Part shown: positions 1 to 10,400 of the stretch, piece after piece | Layout: each line of letters begins with the position of its first letter | How positions within the stretch are numbered: position 1 is the first letter of the stretch | Source: Rhizaria sp. SCN 62-66 | Taxonomy: Eukaryota | Direction: 5' to 3' | Assembly: GCA_001724265.1 (NCBI GenBank) | Contig: MEDY01000008.1 | Span: 124,001 to 161,399, forward strand | Length of the DNA: 37,399 nt | Translations under genes and position numbers: made by a program | Notes under the pieces: model-generated | The model's database searches: none | What the model was told of the DNA's origin: nothing | Seen by the model: the letters and a program-made list of their open reading frames with translations, nothing else

Positions 1-1
1 G

Positions 2-1430
2 AGTCAGTTTCTCATTTGGTGAAAGAGCAACACCACCATACTCAATAGTACTGCGTGTACCAATCACTGCTGCCGCAGTTGAAAACAGATGCTGTGAGGT
101 CGTTGTAGCGGTGAGCTTTGAGGCTGTGTTGAATTCTGAGCGAAGAGAGAGTGTGCTGGAGACTTTAGCATCGCTGGTGTTTGGCTCGTAAACATAAGAG
201 AACGACGACTCAAAAACACGGACGAGGGGGGAAGGCACGTTACCAGTGACATACCCTACAGCAACGGTCGGCGAGAACCGCTGTTGCGCAAGCGGACGAA
301 GCGCAAGGTGTGTCAGGATGGGCATGCTTTTGATTGTGATCTTAATGCGCTCACAGACAGTCACATGCGTCCACACCGAACTCGGAAGCCCTGCAGTGAC
401 GCACAGCCGGAATCTGTACGAAGCACCGGGTGGTAGCGTGAATGCCGGAATAAACAGCGCAGTTTGATTCAGCGTTGTGACGGTGGATGCGAACAAAGCA
501 GGAAGCGTTTCATTGACGAGCGGGCCCCACTTATATGAGATAAACTCGTGCCCTGCTGCAGTTGAACAGGATGACAACGTGACAAGCGGAGTCACCGTGA
601 TTGCATCTGCAGCAGCATACGTGTTGCTGCGGCCGGAAAGGATCGAGATTAGCGGTCCGTCCGCGGCAAGGCGCGTCACATTGACCGTGGCAACAAACTC
701 GGAACCCAACCAATTTGTGACGCGGACAGAGAACGTTGCGGTTGTGCCTGCAGGAAGGAAGGTATCAACCTCCGTTGAGTTAAATTGAACTGTAAACACC
801 GAGGCGGAACTTGTCAGTGTTGAAAACGGCGTATTGAGATTGGTGGGTGCGATACGGTTTAATAAGGTGTTAAATGCAGCCACAGCGGCACTGTTAGTAC
901 CATTATTGACGAGCTCAAAATTCATCGACGGCATCATGCCAGCATGACCAATAATAGAACGCACGAGTAGAGTTAGTGGTGAACAGTTACCGATTGTTGA
1001 CGGCGCCGAAAGATCTGCAAACAAGCCCGGCAGAGACGCAGGCGCACGCACTGTTGCGGTGACTTGCGGCATAAAAGGCACCGAGTCATCGTCAATGTTT
1101 GCGTAGAGCGCAGAATTCGTGGCCGTCACAGCGGGCTTGATCACACCACCCTTAAAGGAGACAGTAGACACTGGTCGCAATGTAAAACCGGAGCCAAGGC
1201 GGATCCGAAAAACAGTAGGCGTGCGCCAGTGACATCCAGCGCTCGCCGTCTCACCCAAAAGATCTAATGTTGCCGTCACAAGCACATGCGTACATGTGTA
1301 AAACGTGCCACCAGTGTCGCGGACAGAGATGCCGTCTGCGTCAATGTACGTCGGCACCGGCTGCATGGTGGGGTACGTGAACGTAACGTCAACAAAAGAC
1401 CCAGCAGCGTCAAAATGCGCATCGGCAACG
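2..1430 (-). other. Start of a REJ / PKD1-like beta-sandwich region
   Basis: Motifs typical of REJ-domain proteins: AHFDAAGSFVDVTF...C...LLGETASAGCHWRTPTVFRIRLG, LSAPSTIGNCSPLTL, FSVRVTNWLG, SYKW, LFIPAFTLPPGASYRFRLCV. Recognised from memory of the family, not from an HMM run. Confidence 0.7.
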
Positions 1431-4400
1431 TTGCACATTGGAATACACATGATATCCTCGGCCCAACTGCCGGCCCACGTTATACCGGCGGAGGCGTTCG
1501 TCGCGTCAGACACGCGAGAACAGAGCGTGAACGACGTTGGATAGTAAACAAATCCACTCTTGCATGTGACATATGTTTCCGTGTCAATATCAAGCTCATC
1601 GGGACTCTTAGGGGAGGTGGGACCACCAATGATCGCCCCAGCGACATCAGAGTCGTCCCATATCTCGCCATCATCACTCATGTACGCAGCGCTATACATC
1701 GCAGAACGGGACTGATCAGAGACACCACTGACGCGTGACGCGCGGGGCTTAGAAGGGGCCACGAAGAACCCAATAGTGTGCAATTTTCCACCCCCCATCC
1801 CCCCGCCTGCGCCAGCATCGTTCGTGGCACCGCCCTCAAGTGTGGCGGGATCAACGACGTAAACCGTATTGTTCCAGCCAAGTGTATATGTAATCGAGAC
1901 CACACCAAGTCGCACACGCATGGCAGCGCAAGTTGGCTTCGGAACACACTGCGGCACATCCGGGCTCCATACTCCGCCAGTCTGACAGTACCGGTACATG
2001 ACGGATGAGCCGTAACCATAGCCTGCAAATTCGTAGCCAGTCTTGCACTCATATGTCACTCGAGTCCCTTCCTCGAGCGTGTGTTTGTTATAGTGGATAA
2101 TTGTGTTTGCTGGAACAATGTAGTTGGTCACCACAGGGAGGCACGCCCTGTTCGGATACGGCTCACACACAGGTGGTCCCGGCTCCCACTGTCCTTGTTC
2201 ACTGCATGTAGTCTTGACGTAGTGGATTTCAGAGTCTTTAACACGGAGACCAACGTCACAAACAAAAAAACGGGAACGCCCAGCAATAAACTCTTCTTGT
2301 AAAAACTGATATCTGGGATTGTTCCCTCCGTTGAAGTCAACAGTTTGGACAGTTTTAAAGACAGTTAGATTTGCGATGCTGTCTATCCAGTCGCAACTGG
2401 CAGCACATACCATGACTGAACCTGGGTTAGACCAATATGTCAGTGCGGATGTGTCGAACGTAGAGTCAAGAAAAGCCTGTGATTGAGCAAGATGACGTGA
2501 GCGGGCTGCTCCGTTCCGTAAAGCAGTTAGGCGTTTATCAGCGACTGCAGCAAGAGAAGCAACACCATCGTACGAGTTGTCAAACTGGTAGAAAGATGAG
2601 CTCTTGACGATAGCGGCAGCAGATTTGTTGAGGGTACACGTCCTACGAACACGGTTTGCACTATAGTCATCAAAGATTAACACAGTACCCAGCGTCGTGC
2701 GGCGATCATCACCTTCAACAACGCTAAGAGGCGCAATCAACAATGCCGTCGTCAATGAGGGACAAAACAATGTTAAATCTGAGGTAACATCGTAGATCTC
2801 GTCATCTTTGACATACCCTGGTTGGGCGTCTAACAGCACGCGGGGCTCAATAATAGTGACAACGTTGTTCTCGTCCATGGTGACAGAGCCAACAGTGATA
2901 CCTGCGTTCAGCGCTCGGAAGCTATGACGAGATGCTGTAAGCGGTGCCTGTGCAGAGAGTGAAGCCGCGATTGCAGCCCCATTAGCTATAGTGGGCAAAG
3001 TGGGGGCAGTGAGGGCGGCTGCGTTGAACATGCTCACATCCTTATAGTGAATATTCATTTGATTGACACGCTTTAGAATAGCGCTGTAAGGGAGCTTGGA
3101 GAGATAGAGCTCTTTATACTGAATCGGCACCACAGGATAACTAGCTGGCCCGCAACCGACCAGTGTGCACTCGAGTCCAGTCCGCTGCACCCAACCACGG
3201 CCAAATACGCACTCATACTTAGCAAGACTATTGGACGAGCCAGGCTCCACCGACCCAGTTGTCGAGTTCAAAGTCAACTTTGGCACATAACACTTGGTGA
3301 AAGCAAACTTTCCAACCGCACTGTGCGCAGCAACTCCCCAATTGTAAGAGACGCCTGAGTCAGGATCCGGTGCAATCCATTGACCAAAAGGAGCTTTAAA
3401 TACTGGGCATATGTAAGATTCGCACCGCGATGGTGTATATGACCACAGTCCTGTTGATAAGCACTCAACAGCAGAGCTTATAACGGTGCTCAAAACAAAG
3501 TTGGTCATGCATGTGAAGGCAAGAACTGTCCCAACAGTATAGCCGGTACCGAATGAATCGCTCACCCGGTCACCTTTGCGGACAGTGAAGGTGGGGAGCG
3601 GACGAGTAGCCGTGCCGTTCACGTTCGCAAATGGGTCTGGACACTGTACAGGAATACATGGCTTCATGGTTGACCAACCATCCGTGCGGCATACGATGTC
3701 TTCAACTGGTACATAGCGATCGGAAATGCAAACGGGATTTGCACGTGCGCTCTCAAGTGTAAGCTGCGTCGCACCTGTGAGTGCTGAGTAGAAAATTGAG
3801 GACACAGGAGACACAACAGGAAGTGAGCCGCAGTCGTAGCGAGCCACACAATTAACCGATGCCACACTCCATTGATAACCAGATGAAACAGCTGCGGCTG
3901 CAACTGCAAGAGAACGTAACATACGCCGCTGATGGCGCGAAGTACCATTATTGACGTCCTCAACATCAACTCCGTTGTTTTCAGACATTGCAGCCATGTC
4001 ATCAAGTGTAGCTTCCATAGAAGCTGTGACACGTGTACACACTATAGGCGTCGATGTCGACACTTTGAATGACGGTGATGAACACACAGGGACAACATAA
4101 GAGCCGGGAATACGTGAGTCCGTGTACGACACTGAACCGCCAGAAATTGCGGGAAACGTGGGGCACTGCGTTGTCGGTTCACACTGTAACGGGATTGTGA
4201 CTGAAACAGCCTGTACAGTCATACGCGCAGTATGTGATACCGACAAAGATGATGCGCTGGGCAGAACGGCAGCAATGGATGACGGGTCATATGGTGTCCA
4301 ACCCGCTGTTGTGCAGTTTAACGTGCTGATAGTGCCAGAGACCGGAGCAAACCAGGTGCGACAGACGAGCGTGGCAAGTGTGCCGAAAGGATGAGATGAA

Positions 4401-7400
4401 CGCTGTGCATCATATGTAGCTGTAGTCACCATTTGCGTCCCAACTAATGACACAACTAGCGGCAGTGGCGGACAATTTTCAGTAAATAGACAGACGCCCG
4501 TCATAGGAACTGTCACAGTGACGCCAGCTTCGCGCTCCCACACGCCACTACCGTTGCACGTGAGCGTCTGTTGCGAAATAGCAGCAGAATCCGTCACGGT
4601 GGTGTTTGCGCGGCAAGAGTAAGTCGCAACTGCGCCAGCAGGATACCCAGAAACGGGTTTGAACGAGTATACCGCACCGTTGCTCCCATGAGAGCGCACA
4701 GTGACTGTCATAGTCTGTGGTGTCGAAGGCGGCGAGTCGCAGTACACAGGCGTGCATACCGGTGCACGGCCAAACCATTTACCATTTGCGGCGCATTCAA
4801 CATCGCTTGCGTTGGTTTTGTAACCCCACGGACAGGCAATTGTAAGTACCGAACGGAACTCGGGATACGCAACACCCGTCTGGAATGAACCAACAGCGGC
4901 TAAGATAACTGAGTCGATCGTTCCCGCAAGAAGACACCGCTCACCAAGATCGCACACAGTGTAGGGCAAAGTAAACGTGCGGTTTGAGTTCGATGACACA
5001 GGTGTCACCGGGTTGAGGAGAGAACCTGCAGGGAGAACATGGTTCGTGGTGACAATGTTGCCTGCGGGGTCCATCTCGTACACTGTCTCAGTTACATGTG
5101 GACACTTAACGGGCTCACACAACGGAATAACCCCGTACCATTGCGCGTCTGTCATACACCGAAGCGTGCTCAGAGTGCCATCGGGCGCCGTGAGACAGAC
5201 CTCCGGATCCGTCGGTCCTGTCAGTGAGACAGACGGTGATGGTTGGTAACCACGTGCACAAGACAGGTACAGAGATACGGTGGCCTGCGGGTATACGCGC
5301 GTGGTGTTTGAGGAGGATACTTGTTGGGCAACAATAAATCGAGATTTAAGTTCAGGAAGCACGTCCTCGCACTGAGGGATAACGCACTGAAACGCGGTCT
5401 CGACGAGGGGGCCAGTCAAGACAACAGCACCGGAGGTCGGGTCACGCAGACGCCAGATAGCAACTTTCAGTGTCGGGTTTGATGAAGATGTCTCTTCAAC
5501 ACATTCATATTTACGGGTAGAGTCACCGACTTCATCGAGGGGAACCGCACCTGCTGAGGCAAGACATGAGACCTCAACAGACGTTGAAACCGCAAAAGAC
5601 CCACCGAGAGCAGCTGCATTGGAGTATGCAAGACTGACTCCAGCGGCAATAAGTGACGCTTCTGTAGCATTAACACCAAAAAGAGAAGCCGCGGAGCGAC
5701 ACATGGGTGTAGTAGAGCAAACGGGGGCAACGCCAGACCATGTACCTGTGCTTAAACAGCGGCGGATTAGTGAGCCTGCAATGAGATGCGAGTCCTCAGC
5801 ACACGCGTAAGTGATTATTGAGTCAGCGAGTGGGTACGAAGCGGTGTCCGTGTCACCATTGTGTGCTGAGAGCGTGAATACCGCGTTCGCCACAGTAGCA
5901 GGCAGCTCGCACGCAGCGTACGCCGCGGTAGCGATTGGCACGCAGAGTCCCAACACATACATCTCATTCAAACTCCGCCATTCTGCAACAATGCCGTTCT
6001 GAACGCATGCCCAGCCGACCTCGTCATGTTCGCGCCCCAATGCGCGCGCAGCGCCCTCGCGACACTGTGCACGCATAACTGTGCCAACCGGAAGTCCAGT
6101 AGTAGAGGCCGGTAGCATCGGATTTGTCCAACCACCAAGCTCGGCTTGACTCACAACCGCCGTGACGTAGACGGAGCCATTGAACGAGGGCAGGAGTGGA
6201 CACTCCGCGCGCACACAGGAGAATCTACTCACACCATCAGCATTTGTCCACTGAGGCACTGCGGTGTACACAGATGCAGCTCGAGCCTGACACGTCACAA
6301 CAAGCTCTGAGCCGCTGGCAGGGGTGTAGCCAGAAGCACAAGAATAACGCACGCGTGTACCGAGAGGGTACGGCTTGGCTGAGTTAACAAGGGTACTTAC
6401 TGCAGTCGGCAGCTCGAGCATGCTCACTCTGACGAGAGTCGCATTGTCAGACAATGCTGGAAGTGGGGGTACACTACAGCCCGTATAGTTAACCGATGGA
6501 ACAGTGCCGCAAGTAGGAAACACGCCAGTCCATGCGCCAGATGGGGCGCAATAGATTGTACTGGCACGAAAACTAAGAGGATCGTCCGTACTGTCGATTG
6601 ACGCAGTGGCAAGTGCAGAGAATGAACGCATCCGAAGCATCCTACGGCTAACAGTAGCAGGAGCTGAAACTGAGTTCAGGTCAGGGGGAGACTCAAGAAT
6701 GTTGGCAGTTGATGCACAGGTTAACGTTGCAACGGACCCAACAAGAGGGTATGTATGCGCCGCAATCTTCATCGGTGTAGAAGTGATAAGATGTGCAAAC
6801 TCCGAGCCCATATGCAAGCAAGCTGCATCCTGTGCGTACGCGACACAGCGAAATGTCGGTGAAGACACTGAAAACCTGCCCAAATCAGTCGAAACATCTG
6901 TTGCAGAAGTGCCACTTGCATTAGCAAGAGAAGTGATGTTTGTCCAAATAGCACCTGCACCTCCAGAGCCCGCTGCCTCACATCGCAGCCAGAGCGAGCG
7001 CGGTGAGCTGGGGCTGGGATGTGTTTGCGCAGCGCAGCCGATCGCAATCGCGCTTCCAACAGAAACTGTATCCCTGTACTTGGTCGGTGCACCCGTCCAA
7101 GGCCGCACAAACGTGCCATTGGTGACCGTGATAGCCATATTTGTTGCTAAAACCGGACGCGCGCATTGAAGATCGAGACACAGGGGTAGTGCGGTTACGT
7201 TGTACTTCCAAAGTCGTGTCTGGGTATCACATTCAATGTTAACCCAGTCAAGACCGGATGGCCGCGACGGGTGGCGACAACGGACGTAGATGGACTGGCC
7301 GGGTGAGCCGGTGATCTCACTAACGGGGTGCAGATCACTTGAGTCTGAATATGTAGCGCCGCTTACAGGTCTCTTTAGCAATGCAGCATGATGCGCCGAC

Positions 7401-10400
7401 ATAAACGAGGTCAGGGCAGGACACCGAGGCGCCACGCAGCTAAACGCAGCCGCCTCAGTGGGCCACGTCCACCGGCCGGTAAGTCCGTCACAAATACGAT
7501 AGAGTGGAGATACAGTACTGGCGTAAGGTTGCGGCGCATCTGCAGAACATGAATAACGTGCGACAGTGCCCATATCAAAACCACCATTAGTCGTAGAGCC
7601 ATTGGTATCACTGCGTAGAGTGCCGCCAGTGATGTTAACAGCATCGGTAAACAGATCAACTTGCACAAACTGCGGCGTGACTGTCTCGCCACCCTGTGTG
7701 ATCGGCAGTGGCTGCGTGTTGCTATCAAGTGCTAATGCAGGACATGACGCACGCGATGTGCAGATAGGAGGCTCACCACGCCAAGACCCGTCCGCAGCAC
7801 AGACGAGGTATGATTGACCTCCATAGGTGCCAGTGGGACACTGGAGCGTGATCCGTGAGTTGACCGCAGGATAAGTCACATTCACTCCATTAGGCTGCTG
7901 CAGTGACGTAACATAACCGCGCAACAATCCGGCAATGTCCTCACACACGGTGGTGATACACGAGAGTTCAGAGACGATATCTGCCTTTGCTTTAGTCCAG
8001 TAACCTACGTCGGAGACGCCATCGTGCTCACATGTCAAGTTGACATGCTTGTTGACCTCGGGCGTTGTAAAGAGCGCCCAGGTCTGGTGCGCAGTCGCCG
8101 GGCACATGTAGAACATCAGAGCACCATAAGGCCATTTCTTGACCAGATACCAGAATGACGTCCCAAGCCCAGTAGGAACGCCCGGTTGGGGACCAAGGCC
8201 GTCCTCTTCGGGAAGTAATACCGCACCAAGCCGCAATCCAGTGTAGCTTACCACAGGTAACGCACCACATGCCACGGGGACACAAGTTGGCAACGTCCCA
8301 ACCCATATACCGTTGGCGTTGCAGGTCAGCCGTGAGGAAGCAGGGACAAAACGGCGTTTACATTGAACAACCATGACAGATTTGTAATGCTGAAATGGTG
8401 CTGGGTCTTGCTCGCTTGCGTTGAATGAGCTTGGTGGGCCAAAATTGAAACGGTAGTTGCCAGTGAGCCCATTGTCGCTCGAGCAACGAGGATGCAGCTT
8501 CTCGCATCGCAACATCGACTCCATGACGACAGGCGACGTCGTAACATGACCATCGGTCCACGCCGCAGTTGCAGCAGCGTCGACAGTCGCATTAATGCGT
8601 CTCCACTGCGCCACTGCGCCAGAGGAGGATTGTACACATTGTGCGGCCACGACACCTTCGTCGTCATAAAGCGTCGCCACACCAGTGGATGAAAAGCTTG
8701 ATGATGGGGCGTAGCCGGGAGAGCAACGCAAGTGAGCGCGTGCATTGACACGGACGTGACCAGTCCCTGTAAGCAGTGACGGCGTGGGGTACGTCAGCTG
8801 GTAGGTTTCCAAAGCATAATCTGTCTCATCAGCACTAGGAATCATCAACATTTGCCGTGCTAGTGCGATTGTCATCACAGGACATAGTGCGGGTTTGCAG
8901 TTAAAGTTTTTCATTGCTACACTGGGAATCGCATCAGGCGGTACGTCTCCAGAATATGCTGAAACTTTACTTGGGACAGTCGAAGATGCCCATTTCGCAA
9001 ATGTCAGTCCAGTTGCGGCTTGGACGCTGTCAGAGCAAGTGTCCGAAACTGAGAATGTCACAAGTGCGGCGCCGTACTGGTCAACAGCTGAATAACCAGG
9101 CTTGCAGGAGGCAGTAACTGTGGTTCCAGGAGCAACCTTGACTGGAACGCGAGGATCGTCAAGCCTACCAAGTGTGTCTCCAAGGCGGGGCGCAGCCGCA
9201 TCCCGTGGGTTCACAACCGTGGTGCCGGTGAACACATTCTCGACCACAACATCCGCTTTAGTTCCGGATAAAGTGATAACTGCGCCTTCTGATTCGAGTT
9301 TGCCAGAGCTAGCAAGCTGTAGGGGGATTCGACAAGACCTGCGCGGGCACGACGCAAGTGTGTTCGCGCCAGCAAAGTCTGTTGGCAATGCAGGTACCCA
9401 CCGTGCTGTGGCGTTGCAGGAGTGGAATGAAATAGACTCATACCCCGGCTCAACGCAATAAACAGTGAAGTTACTCCCCATTACAGGTGGACTGAGCGTG
9501 GTTGAACCAATGACTTGGAGTTGACTTACAGGGTCAAAGCCTGCCCAGCGCAAGTGAGAGATTGCAGGACACTCAACGGCAGAGCAGACTTGCATAGAGG
9601 CCATTGTGACATTGTTCCACAGTGGCACTACATCGAGTGTAGGATCGCCAACTTTGTACCCGTAACCCAAGTGGTCACTGTACGTCTCCACTTCCGTCAC
9701 ACGCATTGGATCAACACGATATGGGCCACGACCACAAGACCGCCAGATTACGCCAACACTATTCACATCTGGCGATTCACCAGCGGCGCTGCACGACTGT
9801 TGCACAACAGCGCCCACTGGGTAATGAATTTCACTCGCGTAACGCCAGGGGAGCGCCATTGAGTCGCGCTGGTCATCAGTGGCCGTGACCGTGGGCAGGT
9901 CCAGCATCGGAAGAGTGCGGAATTGAAGCCGTGAAGCAGAAGGTTTGTGCATCGGCAGTACGCAGACGGTGTCTGCGCGGCAGGAGGTTCCTTGTACAGC
10001 CCAAACACCATCAACGCAAGAGATCGTACCTCTTGTGCCAATCTCTGGTGTGAGCGTGACGTAGTGGGCAGGACAGACTGTTGTCAACTCAGTCTTGAGG
10101 CCAGAAACAGAGGACGTGTACGCAGAGACTGAGATCGATTCTAACAGCGACGACCGCGGCTTGGCCCATTGTGGTAAATGTAAACACTCACTTGGGACGC
10201 ACAGCGGAAGGCCAACACCGTTACCAAGGACTTGGTTTGTGTCGACAGCAACCCAGGACCCACGGCGGAACCCAGCCTGTGCAGCGGTTGCAGCCTCTTT
10301 TGTCGCCGTCATAATGACTTGCGTTGTGGTAGTGCTACTTCCAGAAGCGGCTGGCGTCGACGAAGTGTCACAATCAATATCACTATAACCACACCACGTA

